A stretch of DNA of 64,000 nucleotides from Xanthobacteraceae bacterium. Lineage in GTDB: Bacteria; Pseudomonadota; Alphaproteobacteria; Rhizobiales; Xanthobacteraceae. Below are positions 16,729-26,768 of this stretch, piece by piece; positions within the stretch are counted from its first letter, which is position 1; every line of letters starts with the position of its first letter. The stretch covers positions 5,466-69,465 of the forward strand of contig DATDGG010000191.1 in NCBI GenBank assembly GCA_036522235.1, given 5' to 3'. Position numbers and translations under genes: made by a program. The notes below the pieces were generated by a model, which made no database searches, was not told the DNA's origin, and was given only the letters and a program-made list of their open reading frames with translations.

Positions 16729-17763
16729 TCATGCCGTTTCATGTGGGGCCAGCAAGGCGAGCGCCGTTGCAGGCGCACAATGTGATGCCCGGTCGCGTGC
16801 CTCCGGAGCGACATCAAGCATTGTGCCGAAGGCGATATGCTTGCGGCCCAGGCGCTGCGCGACCTCCCCCACGACCGCATCGCCGATGCCGGCCGCGACG
16901 ATCGGTGCGTCAGCAGTCAGGGTGCGGCTCGACAGGACGAGCCGCGCCCCGTCGACTACGGCCCGAATTTGCGCCTCGGCAAACCATCGTGCCAGGGCCG
17001 CCCACGCCTCATCGTCGGCACCCTGGGCATCGCACCCCACCATGCGCGCCAGTCGTGCCCGTGACGCCTCGACAGTCTTTGCCCGGCCATCGGCCGTTGC
17101 CATCTGATCGACCCCCTCGGGCAAGCTCCCAAGAATGCGATGGACGTCAGCCATGGTTGCGAAATACTCGTTGATCAGCGGCATCCAGTGGCCTGCGAAC
17201 GGGGCGCGGTCGGCAACCGCCATTACGAAGGTGCGCACCAGCCCCGTGTAAACCAGCTCTCCGGCCGCCAGGCGCTCCGCGTCCGTGTATCCGCGCGCCG
17301 CAACCGCCCCGTCAACGATCGGCACCAGATCGGTCGTGGTAGAACCCATGTCCACGAACAGTGCCACGCGCCGAACGCGAGCGACCAAGGAAGCGCTGGC
17401 GAACCAGTTGGCTGAGGCGATGTCTTCGACATGCTCACGAGCGTCCTGCGGCCGAATGAAGCCAGCCCGCCCGGCGTAGAGGGAGACCGCGTCAGGCGCG
17501 AGCTCGCGCACCGCCATCGTCGAGAGGCTTTCGACCCCCTCGATGCGGGATGAGAATGTATCTGCCAACTCGCCCGTCATCGTGACGACGTGGCGATGGG
17601 CGGTGCCAATCCGAGCTTTGGCTTCGGTGAAGGATTGCGCAAGCCGGTCCAGACCCAGGCGCAGCGGCGACGCGACCTGGATGGCGTCTACAACGCGACC
17701 GTTCTCCGCACGGGCGGCCTTGAGATGCGCCCCCCCGACGTCCCATCCAATGACGACTCCCAT
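16729..17763 (-). CDS. H4MPT-linked C1-transfer pathway protein (hydantoinase/oxoprolinase-like ASKHA fold)
   Basis: MGVVIGWDVGGAHLKAA... and DMGSTTTDLVPI phosphate-binding motifs. Context among H4MPT genes. Confidence 0.85.
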   Translation of the reverse strand: MGVVIGWDVGGAHLKAARAENGRVVDAIQVASPLRLGLDRLAQSFTEAKARIGTAHRHVVTMTGELADTFSSRIEGVESLSTMAVRELAPDAVSLYAGRAGFIRPQDAREHVEDIASANWFASASLVARVRRVALFVDMGSTTTDLVPIVDGAVAARGYTDAERLAAGELVYTGLVRTFVMAVADRAPFAGHWMPLINEYFATMADVHRILGSLPEGVDQMATADGRAKTVEASRARLARMVGCDAQGADDEAWAALARWFAEAQIRAVVDGARLVLSSRTLTADAPIVAAGIGDAVVGEVAQRLGRKHIAFGTMLDVAPEARDRASHCAPATALALLAPHETA

Positions 17764-17820
17764 ATTCTACCTGCATCGGTCCGTGTGATACCTTCATGAT
17801 CGTACCTTGTTTCTTGTGTC

Positions 17821-18528
17821 ATGAGTTGCTCAACGATGGAGATTATTCCAGTTCTCGATCTCAAGGGCCGAGTGGTTGTTCGTGCCCGCATGGGCCAACG
17901 TGATCAATATCGGCCAATCAAGACGCCCCTGTCGCCCACCAGCGATCCCGTCGATGTTACGCGTGGCCTGCTGTCGGTCCATCCGTTCAAGACACTTTAC
18001 ATTGCCGATCTCGACGCCATCGAAGGGAAGGGAGACCATCGGCATACTTTGACGCGCCTGAAGGCGGCGTTTCCGCAGCTCACGGTCTGGATCGACAACG
18101 GCATCGCGGATCGTCACCGTGCCGAGGATTGGCTCGATGCGGGATTGGGTCATCTGGTCCTCGGCAGCGAGACACAGGCTGATATCACGCTCGTGCGCCA
18201 TTTCGCCGCGGATACACGGGTTGTTCTTTCGCTCGACTTCCGCGGCCTGTCATTTCAAGGGCCACCGGAACTCCTGAACGAGCCGACCTGCTGGCCGCAG
18301 AGAGTGATCGTCATGACACTCGCACGTGTGGGCAGCGACGCCGGCCCGGACTTCGAGACGCTGTCTATGATCCGCCGTGTGGCGCCGGAGAAAAAGGTTC
18401 TTGCGGCAGGGGGCGTGCGGAATGCTGCCGATCTGGGCTTGCTGAAGCGCGCCGGTATTTCAGGCGCGCTTGTCGCGTCATGCCTGCACGATGGCCGTTT
18501 GCGCGGCTCGGAGATCGCGAGACTTTGA
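17821..18528 (+). CDS. HisA/HisF-family TIM-barrel protein (H4MPT cofactor cluster type)
   Basis: MEIIPVLDLKGRVVV... start region (alternative ATG at 17836). C-terminal VLAAGGVRNAADL. Cluster context. Confidence 0.8.
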   Translation: MSCSTMEIIPVLDLKGRVVVRARMGQRDQYRPIKTPLSPTSDPVDVTRGLLSVHPFKTLYIADLDAIEGKGDHRHTLTRLKAAFPQLTVWIDNGIADRHRAEDWLDAGLGHLVLGSETQADITLVRHFAADTRVVLSLDFRGLSFQGPPELLNEPTCWPQRVIVMTLARVGSDAGPDFETLSMIRRVAPEKKVLAAGGVRNAADLGLLKRAGISGALVASCLHDGRLRGSEIARL

Positions 18529-18652
18529 GATCAGCGGTATTCGGGTAAAGCCAGACTGAAAGTGCAACATACCTCATGGGCCGGCACCTCTGGCCAGCCC
18601 GCCATGGAGACAGTCAAAACGGCCGCGCTCGACGTCCTGCGGGACCCCGATC

Positions 18653-19159
18653 CTACGCGGCGAAGGGGTGCTTGACCTGGTCGCGTTTGGCGATGACCTC
18701 AGCCGCCTTCGGCTCGCCCTGGACTGCCCGCGCGATCGCTTCCTTGGTGGCGCGGTAGTTGTAGTCCTGGATTTTCTTGTCGTCGGAAGCTTCCCAGTGG
18801 ATGAAAACTCCGGCGCAAACAAAGAGATTGTCGGCTTCGTTCTCCGGAATAACCCCTTCCGCGACACTATCGGCCACGGCCATCGCGATCGCACGCTGCG
18901 CCGGGCCAAACATCTGGACGGCCTGTTTCGCACCCTTGATGGTAACTTTGTTGAACAATACCGTCGCAGGCTTGCACATCAGATTCGGCGCCACCAGGGC
19001 AAGAAGCGCGGTGAAGCCGTCCTTTTGGTTTGTCAGACAGTTGGCGAACGCCGTTTCGGCTGCGCTTCCACGTGGTCCCATGATGAGGTCGATGTGGGCA
19101 ACTTCGTTACCCTCGCCGACAAGCGACTCACCTATGCAGAGTGCATTGATTTTTGCCAT
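18653..19159 (-). CDS. fae: Formaldehyde-activating enzyme
   Basis: 168 aa, [32 protein letters not shown]..., close to known Fae. The second ATG was chosen for SD spacing (AAGGAG-N6-ATG). Confidence 0.97.
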   Translation of the reverse strand: MAKINALCIGESLVGEGNEVAHIDLIMGPRGSAAETAFANCLTNQKDGFTALLALVAPNLMCKPATVLFNKVTIKGAKQAVQMFGPAQRAIAMAVADSVAEGVIPENEADNLFVCAGVFIHWEASDDKKIQDYNYRATKEAIARAVQGEPKAAEVIAKRDQVKHPFAA

Positions 19160-19178
19160 CGCCATCTCCTTTCCAAGG

Positions 19179-19220
19179 AACAACAAAGCCGCTCGCGCGC
19201 CGAAGCATCGCGCGCTCGGC
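19179..19220 (-). terminator. GC-rich hairpin plus U-run in the fae leader (terminator/attenuator-like)
   Basis: Minus-strand RNA GCCGAGCGCGCG-AUGCUUCG-GCGCGCGAGCGGC followed by UUUGUUGUU. It lies about 20 nt upstream of the fae SD. Confidence 0.4.
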
Positions 19221-19304
19221 ACAACGGCTATCCTTGTTTTCAGCGTCCGGCATCGGCCGGACCGGTTAGCCAGATAGCGGCGGAGCTCTCTCCGCGGCGA
19301 AAAG

Positions 19305-20168
19305 TCAATCACTGTTGCGCGCCGAGGGCAAGATGTTCCGTAGGCGATGAGTAAACAGAGTCGCGACCGTCAGATCCGCGCTGGTACCCGGGTTGAGGTC
19401 TCTCTCTTTCAACGATCTATCCCAGGCCAGCAAATCGGGCAGAAGGTAGGCAGGACTTTCGCTGGATTGCAGCCGCGTATAAAACGGCAGTGAGTTGCGG
19501 CGTATCTCCTCTGCGGCTGTCGCGCCATGCTTGCGGACGACATGGCTGTCCGGAAACGCGGACAGAAAGCCAAGATAGACTGCGAGCGTTGCCCAGCCTG
19601 GTTGCATCGCCCGCGATAGAGCCGCCTCGAGCAGGGGTTCGCCTCGACCGAAGATATCCTCGAATGTCGAAACGTATTGGTAGGCAATCCTATCGCGATG
19701 CGCCGCCTCTGCCATCGCATGTCTCAGAGTGACGGTGGCGGGCTCGAAAACATCGTGTCGCTGCGCGCGTCCCAGGCCTGCCGGCGAAGCCCGCACAATG
19801 GCGCGGAAGGCGAGGCTGGCATCTTCGACATCGAGGCTCTCGAGCACATGTGCGAGCGCCGTGCGAAGGTCAGGAGGATCGACGTCGGCCGCGGCTGCAA
19901 GCGGTGCACACAGCAGGATGATTCCGAGATTGGTGTTGGCGCCAACAGCGGTGAGTGTCGCCTCGACTGCCGCGAGAATCCGCGCACCGACCCGCGCCCC
20001 GGCCACCGAGATGGCTTCCGCAGCTGCCGTCGCGCTCCGATGAAATTCGGAAGCCGTCATTCGGTGGCCGTCGGCAAAGATATGAACATTACCGGGCTTT
20101 GGCGCGTCGAGCTCATCAAGACAGGCTGCTTTGAATGCCGCAGCGATCTTGGCTGCCAGAACGGTCAT
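19305..20168 (-). CDS. Triphosphoribosyl-dephospho-CoA synthase (CitG/MdcB) family protein
   Basis: [10 protein letters not shown] and [12 protein letters not shown] motifs. ATGA overlap with the upstream ATP-grasp gene. Conserved member of H4MPT clusters. Confidence 0.85.
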   Translation of the reverse strand: MTVLAAKIAAAFKAACLDELDAPKPGNVHIFADGHRMTASEFHRSATAAAEAISVAGARVGARILAAVEATLTAVGANTNLGIILLCAPLAAAADVDPPDLRTALAHVLESLDVEDASLAFRAIVRASPAGLGRAQRHDVFEPATVTLRHAMAEAAHRDRIAYQYVSTFEDIFGRGEPLLEAALSRAMQPGWATLAVYLGFLSAFPDSHVVRKHGATAAEEIRRNSLPFYTRLQSSESPAYLLPDLLAWDRSLKERDLNPGTSADLTVATLFTHRLRNILPSARNSD

Positions 20169-21115
20169 GCGATCGCCTCTCGCCGCGCCTGTATGTTGAG
20201 CGCGGCGATCAGGTCGCCTGCAAGGATCGACGAAATGCTGACGTGGTTGACCTTCTGCAACCCGGCCCACGCCGGCATGCTGTTGACCTCGAGGACGGTC
20301 GGCCGCCCATCGATGCCATAGATGATGTCGACTCCGGCAAAGTCGGCGCCGACCGCTGCCGTAGCGCGAACAGCCAGTTCCCCGATTTCCCCGTCGGCAA
20401 CGGCCGCCACTGGCTTGCCTCCGCGCTTAACGTTGGTGATCCAGTGTGGGGCGTGCCGCATCATGGCGGCAACGGCGCGTCCCCGGGACACGAGAACACG
20501 AAAGTCCCGGAAGCCGTCGCGTTCGACCGCAACGTAGCGCTGCAAGTAATAGACACCGGAAACAAAGTCAGGCTCGGGAATATCCGCCTCCGTCTGGATC
20601 AATCGCAGGCCGCGGCCTTGCGAGCCAAAGAGCGGCTTCAGGACAAGCGGACCGCAAGTGGCCTCTCGCTGTACGATCGTTCGCGCCGCCTCCGGGGACT
20701 CCGTGGCCCAAGTGGCCGGCGTCGGAATGCCGGCCCGAGCCAGCAGAAAGCTCGTCATCGATTTGTCCACGCAGCGCTCTATGGCGCGTGCGTCATTCCA
20801 GACCATGATACCGGTCTCGCGTAACGCATGGAGAATACCGAGGCGCAGCGTCACCGCTTGAAACGTGCCGCCCGACATCGTGCGGACCATTACGGCATCA
20901 GGCAGACGGTCGCCGAATCCGGCGATGTTCAGCCCGGATGGACTCTGTGTCGTGAATCCACATAGTGGCAGGCTGACCGCAACCGCACGGGTCCCCAACG
21001 CGGCGAGTGCTTTCGATAGCGTTCGCGCATGCCAATCAACGCCGTCGACCACGAGCGCGACGATCGGGAGGCGCGCCGGCGGCTCGGCGCTGAGCGTGTT
21101 AGGCGAATGATGCAT
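20165..21115 (-). CDS. RimK-type ATP-grasp ligase (MptN-like glutamate ligase candidate)
   Basis: ATP-grasp layout (LVLKPLFGSQGRGL..., AGVDIIYGIDGRPTVLEVNSMPAW). Cluster context. Confidence 0.85.
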   Translation of the reverse strand: MHHSPNTLSAEPPARLPIVALVVDGVDWHARTLSKALAALGTRAVAVSLPLCGFTTQSPSGLNIAGFGDRLPDAVMVRTMSGGTFQAVTLRLGILHALRETGIMVWNDARAIERCVDKSMTSFLLARAGIPTPATWATESPEAARTIVQREATCGPLVLKPLFGSQGRGLRLIQTEADIPEPDFVSGVYYLQRYVAVERDGFRDFRVLVSRGRAVAAMMRHAPHWITNVKRGGKPVAAVADGEIGELAVRATAAVGADFAGVDIIYGIDGRPTVLEVNSMPAWAGLQKVNHVSISSILAGDLIAALNIQARREAIA

Positions 21116-22070
21116 CGAGCAGATTCAAATCGACGTGGCCCTCGTGGAAGCTCTCGCCGGTGTCGATCGCCGTAACGATCACCTCTGCCGGACTGAAAAG
21201 CATCCGATCGATGGCGTAGAAGTCGCCCTCGAAACGCCTGAATATCTCGGCGAACCGCAGGCCGTAGTCGCGTGAATGTCGGCTTGGCAGTCGATCTGCA
21301 AGTTCGGATGCGTCGCTGGCGGAGCCCGTCAAGAAGAGATGAACCCGCCCGCCGTAAATGATCGCGTCATTGGCGCGCCCCATCGCGGCGACGAAATCAG
21401 GATGCGGCGGCGCAAGGGGCGCGGCCCCCATGCCCTCGACGATGCGATCGAGCGGGAAACTGAGCTCGTGCGCCTTGTGCAACGCAACTTCGAGAACGCG
21501 GGCGACGACCTGAACGCCGCCGGCAAGGCTCTGAGTGGGGGCATAGATCAAGGTCAATTGTTCGGGCTTGAGTTCGCAGTCGCGCGCGATTCTCGCAACG
21601 ACGGGCGACGGCGGCGGGCGGCCGCTCTCCAGGACAAGCGTGCCGACGGCGGCACTGTCCTGATACTGAAGACCTTCGAACAGCTCTTCCTTCCGGGCGA
21701 GTGCTCTTGCCGGACCGGAGCCGAGCGCGAAAAAGGCATCTCTACCCTCTCCGTGGGAGAGGTTCCAACCTGCATATTGGCTAGCCAGGCAGGCGATGAC
21801 GGGATGCGACGAGCGAACCATGAGAGTCCAAGGCCAGCGCGGCGTCGACGCATTGGACACGAGTGCTACCGTCCCAAGCCCGCCCATGCAAATCTCCGCA
21901 AGTTGCATGCCGGCGGCGATGCTGCCCGGATAGCCGCTTCCTGCGTCGATCAGTGTCTCGCCGAGTTCTCCGCGGCTGATGCCGATTTTCAATTCCGCCG
22001 CAGCCGCCTTGAACCGCTCGACTAAAGCTGCGGCACGGACGTTCACGCTGATCGGCGGCGCGGTGCTCAT
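21099..22070 (-). CDS. mch: Methenyl-H4MPT cyclohydrolase
   Basis: 323 aa from MSTAPPISVNVRAAALV... ATGA overlap with the upstream gene. Resembles Mch along its length. Confidence 0.93.
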   Translation of the reverse strand: MSTAPPISVNVRAAALVERFKAAAAELKIGISRGELGETLIDAGSGYPGSIAAGMQLAEICMGGLGTVALVSNASTPRWPWTLMVRSSHPVIACLASQYAGWNLSHGEGRDAFFALGSGPARALARKEELFEGLQYQDSAAVGTLVLESGRPPPSPVVARIARDCELKPEQLTLIYAPTQSLAGGVQVVARVLEVALHKAHELSFPLDRIVEGMGAAPLAPPHPDFVAAMGRANDAIIYGGRVHLFLTGSASDASELADRLPSRHSRDYGLRFAEIFRRFEGDFYAIDRMLFSPAEVIVTAIDTGESFHEGHVDLNLLDASFA

Positions 22071-23185
22071 GAAACTCTCGTACCCAGATCTGCAAGAATA
22101 ATCGCAATTCTTCGTTCCACCAGCGCCTTCGCTGCCGCCGCTGTGGAAGCAAAGGCGAGAGCGGTACACAGAGGTCCTCCGGCCTTGATGGAGGCTCCAA
22201 CGCACGGCCGGTCGGCGGTCCAACTCGGCCATTCCATTCCGGGAAACGATGGTATGTCGTCATTGGCATAGACGATGGCGCTTGCGGCCGCTTCGTCATA
22301 GGTCGGCGGTGGAGGCAGCCTCCCTTCGCAGGCCGCCACATGCAGCCCGAACAAGGACCCATCCCTCGGTTCGAAGATGTCGAGTGTCGCACCCGGTCTC
22401 GGGTTGATCTCCAACAATTGGAACTCATTTCCATCGACGAGAAAGTCGATGCTGTTCAATCCGACGATCGGCACTGCCGAAATGAGACGTTGCACGGCCC
22501 GCGTCATCCGGCTCGCAATTTCAGGTGCGAGGGCGGCGGGTCGTGCAGCCCCGCCGTACCGGAATGGATGGCGAAGGGTCGGCGACGACCATTGCAAGCT
22601 GTAGCCGAGGATCATGGCGCGATGGCCGTCGGCCAGCACCAGCGCAGACACCGCCGTGCCTTGGACACGACGCTGAAAGTAGAAGCCCGTGTCCGGGGTC
22701 CGATGATCGTCCGCGGCCCCAATATGCCATCCGCCGGCACCGCCCTTGCGCTTCCTGAGCCAGCCGGTCGGATCCGCCGGCGGCGTGAGCGCCGTCTCGG
22801 GATGTGGGATACCGCAATTGCGGCAGATGTCCGCGAAGGCAAGGGGATCTTTCACCCGCGCAACTGTCTCGGGCTTGTTTCCGAGCAGAGTCCAATGTTT
22901 GGCAATCCGGGCGAGGAGTTCGGGCCGATCCTCGAAGCCGGTACCGCATACGGCGCCAGCGGGTTGGTGTGGGGCGGCGAGAATCCCGAACGCCGTGAGG
23001 AGCTCTTGAGTATCGATGCTGAGGACCGAGCCTGCCTCGAGACGAACGTGTGCATGTGCAGCAGCAACAGTATCCTGATCGCCAAAAAAATCCGCGACCA
23101 GCGGCGCATATCCGCCGCGGCGCGCGGAGGCGGCAAGGGCGCGGCCAGAGGCGGCTGCAATCAGCACGGTGGTTTTCCTATTCAT
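22067..23185 (-). CDS. ATP-grasp domain protein of the H4MPT gene cluster
   Basis: MNRKTTVLIAAASGRALAASARRGGYAPLVADFFGD... and LNSIDFLVDGNEFQLLEINPRPG (ATP-grasp C-terminal part). Confidence 0.8.
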   Translation of the reverse strand: MNRKTTVLIAAASGRALAASARRGGYAPLVADFFGDQDTVAAAHAHVRLEAGSVLSIDTQELLTAFGILAAPHQPAGAVCGTGFEDRPELLARIAKHWTLLGNKPETVARVKDPLAFADICRNCGIPHPETALTPPADPTGWLRKRKGGAGGWHIGAADDHRTPDTGFYFQRRVQGTAVSALVLADGHRAMILGYSLQWSSPTLRHPFRYGGAARPAALAPEIASRMTRAVQRLISAVPIVGLNSIDFLVDGNEFQLLEINPRPGATLDIFEPRDGSLFGLHVAACEGRLPPPPTYDEAAASAIVYANDDIPSFPGMEWPSWTADRPCVGASIKAGGPLCTALAFASTAAAAKALVERRIAIILADLGTRVS

Positions 23186-24074
23186 TGAGCGAGCGAGCGA
23201 GTTGAAATGCGTCGCGAAAATCGAAGCTCACCGGCTTCGTCGCGCTGATCATCTTCTGGAACAAGCCGGACTCGGTCCGATATTTGATGTTGCCGATAGT
23301 GAGCGGACCAATTCCGAGCACGCCGTGCGGGGTCAGCTCGGCGCCGTTTGCCATGGCGTCGAGGCCCTCGACGCCGGAAGGCGGTACGGCGTTCACGTCG
23401 GCCACAATGAGCAACTGCGGCGCGGCAGCAAGCTGTGCGCGTGACAGAACCTGGACGCCGGCCCTCCCGGCACAAAGGACGGCCTCGGTTGCCGCCAGGA
23501 TCGCCTCTTTCTTCGAGGCGTCGCTGCCGTCAGCGGCATGTACTGTGACGTCGAACCGCTCCTTGATCACTTTCGCACGGCTGCCTACGCGCTGGATGCC
23601 GTCATAGCCGACGAGCGTCACGTCGGCGCCTTCGAGCGCCGCGATCGCCGCGGCAGAGAAACCAACCACTCCGGTTGCGCCAAAGACGGCAACTTTCAGT
23701 CCTTTGAGCCCGCGGTTCTTCTTTTCGATCAACGTCTTTTCGACGCACGCCACCATCGCGGCTGCGGTGGTGAACGATCCGGCGGGATCGGCGAAGAACG
23801 AGATGCCAAACGGCGGAACCAGCGCCTTCTTGGCGGCGGACAGCATCTCCAAGGCGAGGATCGCGTCCTTTCCGCCGAAGAACATTCCTGTCTTGATCCC
23901 GCTCTTTGGGGCACGCGAAAAAATCGCGTCCTGCACCAAACCGGTCACTTCCTCGAGTGTCACGTTGGTGTAGGCGAGCGCGGCGTCAAAACCCGCATCC
24001 AGCGCCATGTTCACGTCAAACGGACTCATGTGCTTCAGCGGCGTCAACATATGGAGGATGTGCTTGTCGGCCAC
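23178..24074 (-). CDS. mtdB: NAD(P)-dependent methylene-H4MPT dehydrogenase
   Basis: GTG at 24074 is 8 nt after GGGAGG. ILHMLTPLKHMSPFDVNMALDAGF... and GATGVVG Rossmann motif. 298 aa. Confidence 0.9.
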   Translation of the reverse strand: MADKHILHMLTPLKHMSPFDVNMALDAGFDAALAYTNVTLEEVTGLVQDAIFSRAPKSGIKTGMFFGGKDAILALEMLSAAKKALVPPFGISFFADPAGSFTTAAAMVACVEKTLIEKKNRGLKGLKVAVFGATGVVGFSAAAIAALEGADVTLVGYDGIQRVGSRAKVIKERFDVTVHAADGSDASKKEAILAATEAVLCAGRAGVQVLSRAQLAAAPQLLIVADVNAVPPSGVEGLDAMANGAELTPHGVLGIGPLTIGNIKYRTESGLFQKMISATKPVSFDFRDAFQLARSLNE

Positions 24075-24079
24075 AGCCG

Positions 24080-25129
24080 TCACCTCCCGCGGTTGATTGC
24101 TCCTATTTTTTCCTCGTCGCAAATATGTGCTTGAGTTGTTACGTCGGCACCGTAATTAAACCCAGTACAGACGCGAATGTCCAACCCTCGACAGGTCGGG
24201 TGCTGGCGAACGATCTCTATGAGACGATTTGCCGCTTCAGGCGACGGGGCAAAGGCGAAGCCGGTAGGACCCCAAGAGCTTTGGCCAATTCCGACCGCTC
24301 CCGCACGCTCGAGCTGGCCAAGCGCGACCGCGACGTCAGGACTATTGAAGCGGCTGCCGCCTTGAACCGGAGCGTAATGATCGCCGAGATGTGCTTGGAG
24401 CTCGTTGATCGCCGAACCGAAACTCGCAAGATCGCACTCACTCACGGCCGGCAGGACCTTCATGAGGACGAGCCGACAGAGATGAGCGGCAGTCGCTTCG
24501 TGAAAGGGCGGAAGTTCGGTGAACGCGGCGCTCTCCTCCACTCCATGCACTCCCTGCCGGCGTGGATCAAGAACAACCAGCACGCGCCAGCACTCCGGAA
24601 ATGGCATGTGACTGATAATCGGCGCAGCGCCGGTCGCCGGTCCCCGTCCACCATCGACAACAAGACCGCCCCGATCGAACAGGCCGATGCCGACGCCGGA
24701 GCGCGCACCGCGACCGAGTCGGATCGCGTCGCCTCGAACGTCGAGGGGGATTCCATGCAGGCGGCGCAATCCGGCCGCCACCGCGAGTGCGATCTGTGTG
24801 CCGGAACCGAGGCCCGCATGGGCAGGTACAACCTCCTCGATTGTGACGGAATGGGCGCCGCGAAGGCCTAGAAAGCGTTGCATGGTGACGACATGAGGTC
24901 GCACCCGATCTTTCTCGGGCCCCGTCACCTGCGGGCGCGTCGCTGCCCGGATCGTGATCTTTGTCCTCGGACCACTGATTGCGAGGCCGATACCGCCGAA
25001 GGAGCGGCCCAACCCGCCGTGGAGATCCAGAAAGCCGAGATGCAAGCGCGCCGGAACGACCACCGTCGCACTCGTTTGAACCGCAAGAGGTGTACTGGTC
25101 ACCGCCGTCTCCCGAGATTTTTCGATCAT
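24080..25129 (-). CDS. mptG: Beta-ribofuranosylaminobenzene 5'-phosphate synthase (GHMP-kinase fold)
   Basis: PARLHLGFLDLHGGLGRSFGGIGLAI and HAGLGSGTQIALAVA motifs. First gene of the minus-strand H4MPT operon. Confidence 0.85.
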   Translation of the reverse strand: MIEKSRETAVTSTPLAVQTSATVVVPARLHLGFLDLHGGLGRSFGGIGLAISGPRTKITIRAATRPQVTGPEKDRVRPHVVTMQRFLGLRGAHSVTIEEVVPAHAGLGSGTQIALAVAAGLRRLHGIPLDVRGDAIRLGRGARSGVGIGLFDRGGLVVDGGRGPATGAAPIISHMPFPECWRVLVVLDPRRQGVHGVEESAAFTELPPFHEATAAHLCRLVLMKVLPAVSECDLASFGSAINELQAHLGDHYAPVQGGSRFNSPDVAVALGQLERAGAVGIGQSSWGPTGFAFAPSPEAANRLIEIVRQHPTCRGLDIRVCTGFNYGADVTTQAHICDEEKIGAINRGR

Positions 25130-25227
25130 CGGGTTTTTCGAAACGGAATAGTGGACTAGACTGCGGCATCTGGAATTGGTTGGCAATCTCCGGCGAATGA
25201 CACGTTTGCGGCATTGGGAGGCACGCC

Positions 25228-25611
25228 ATGACCGAAGCCAGCAAGGAACGCACCTACTCGGATGCAGAGATCAAGGAGCGACTCGAGCGTGACCTGCCGC
25301 ACTGGTACTTGGAGGGCGGCTGGATCCGGCGGAAGTATCGTACGCACAGCTGGAAAGGGACGCTCATGCTGATCAATACGGTCGGCCATCTCGCCGAGGC
25401 CGCCTGGCATCATCCGGACATCACCGCCTCTTATGCATGGGTAGAAGTCCGCCTCCAGAACCATGCCGCCAAGGGCATCACGGAAAAGGACTTCCAACTG
25501 GCGAGGAAGATCGAAGACGTTGTTCATTGGCAGCCTGGAAAAGAAGGCAGCGCGCTCGAGGGCACTCCGGAAAAAGATCAGCGCTTCGCCTACATTAAGT
25601 ACGATACCTGA
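25228..25611 (+). CDS. Pterin-4a-carbinolamine dehydratase family protein
   Basis: 127 aa. INTVGHLAEAAWHHPDITASYAWVEVRLQNHA matches the PCD core. Confidence 0.88.
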   Translation: MTEASKERTYSDAEIKERLERDLPHWYLEGGWIRRKYRTHSWKGTLMLINTVGHLAEAAWHHPDITASYAWVEVRLQNHAAKGITEKDFQLARKIEDVVHWQPGKEGSALEGTPEKDQRFAYIKYDT

Positions 25612-25655
25612 GCGCGGCGATCGCAAACCGCGCGGTTGGGTAATGGGAAAGCGGA

Positions 25656-26768
25656 ATGGGCCGCGCTTGGATCGACGGCAAGGCCGTGGCATTTCAAGCC
25701 GCAACAGCCGAGGCAGCTAGAACGCTCGGCGCGAGTCGCTTGCCGGTTATTGCGGGCCTGGGAACCGATATCGCGGGGGTTCGGGCGGCAATCGCCCTCG
25801 CGAAACAACTCGGCGCGGCCATCGACCACATGAATTCTGGGACACTTTTTCGTGATCTCGGGGTCATGCGCGATGCCGGCTGGATGGTAACAACGCCGAG
25901 CGAAGCGCGATTGCGGGCCGACATTCTGCTGATGATCGGCACCGGTCTCGTGGCCGCCTGGCCTGAGCTTCCGGCGCGCCTGTTCATCCGCCCGACTGCC
26001 CCTGAAGCCAGCGGGGTCGAACGTCGCATCGTGTGGCTCTGTGCGGGGCGCGACGCCAGACAGTTTTCCGGAAGCGATGCGAACATTCGCGAGATTGGTC
26101 GTGATCCGGAAAATTTGCCGGTGCTGCTCGCCGCGCTGCGCGCACGCGTGGCAGGCCGGCCGGCCGGCAAGACGCCCCTGTCCGCCAAGCTGCTCGGCGA
26201 ACTCGCCGCCGATCTGCAGTCCGCCCGATTTGGGGTAGCAGTCTGGTCGGCAGCGGAGCTTGATGCGCTCGCGATTGAGATGCTCTGCGGCCTGGTCAAG
26301 GACCTCAACGCCAAGACACGCTTTAGCGCTCTGCCATTGGCCGCAGGTGACAATGCATGGGGTGCGCTGCAGGCCTGCGGCTGGATGACGGGATTTCCCA
26401 TGCGAACCGGCTTCGGCCGTGGATATCCGGAACACGATCCCTGGCGCTTCGATGCGGCTCGCCTTGTCGAGACTGGTGAAGCCGACTGCGTGCTCTGGAT
26501 CTCCGCCTACAGCGCAGCAGCACCAAGCTGGAAGCGCGCTGTTCCGATGATCGCATTGACCGGACAAGGCGTGAATTTTCCCGGGCCTCCGCGCGTTCAC
26601 ATCGAAGTGGGCCGTCCCGGCATTGACCATGACGCCGTCGAGCATCTCGCGGCAGCAGGAATGCTTGCGCCGGTAACCGCCACCAAGCCGAGCGAACTGC
26701 CGACCGTCGCGCACACGATCGCCCAGATCGCTTCGGTCGTGCCGGACGTCGGAAAGTGGTCATGGTGA
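25656..26768 (+). CDS. fhcB: Formyltransferase/hydrolase complex subunit B (FmdB-like)
   Basis: FmdB/formate-dehydrogenase-like N-terminus (LPVIAGLGTDIAGVRAAIALAKQLGAAIDH). Precedes fhcA-D-C. Confidence 0.88.
   Translation: MGRAWIDGKAVAFQAATAEAARTLGASRLPVIAGLGTDIAGVRAAIALAKQLGAAIDHMNSGTLFRDLGVMRDAGWMVTTPSEARLRADILLMIGTGLVAAWPELPARLFIRPTAPEASGVERRIVWLCAGRDARQFSGSDANIREIGRDPENLPVLLAALRARVAGRPAGKTPLSAKLLGELAADLQSARFGVAVWSAAELDALAIEMLCGLVKDLNAKTRFSALPLAAGDNAWGALQACGWMTGFPMRTGFGRGYPEHDPWRFDAARLVETGEADCVLWISAYSAAAPSWKRAVPMIALTGQGVNFPGPPRVHIEVGRPGIDHDAVEHLAAAGMLAPVTATKPSELPTVAHTIAQIASVVPDVGKWSW

Noticed and set aside
13100-17810. The AGGTATC / GATACCT heptamer recurs near 13107, in the 17764-17820 divergent promoter and in the xoxF tandem repeat. 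This could hint at a shared regulator motif.
   Set aside because: From base composition I expect about 4 such heptamers in 64 kb on both strands. Some instances are just GGAGG SD sequences followed by TAT. The signal is not distinguishable from chance without genome-wide statistics.
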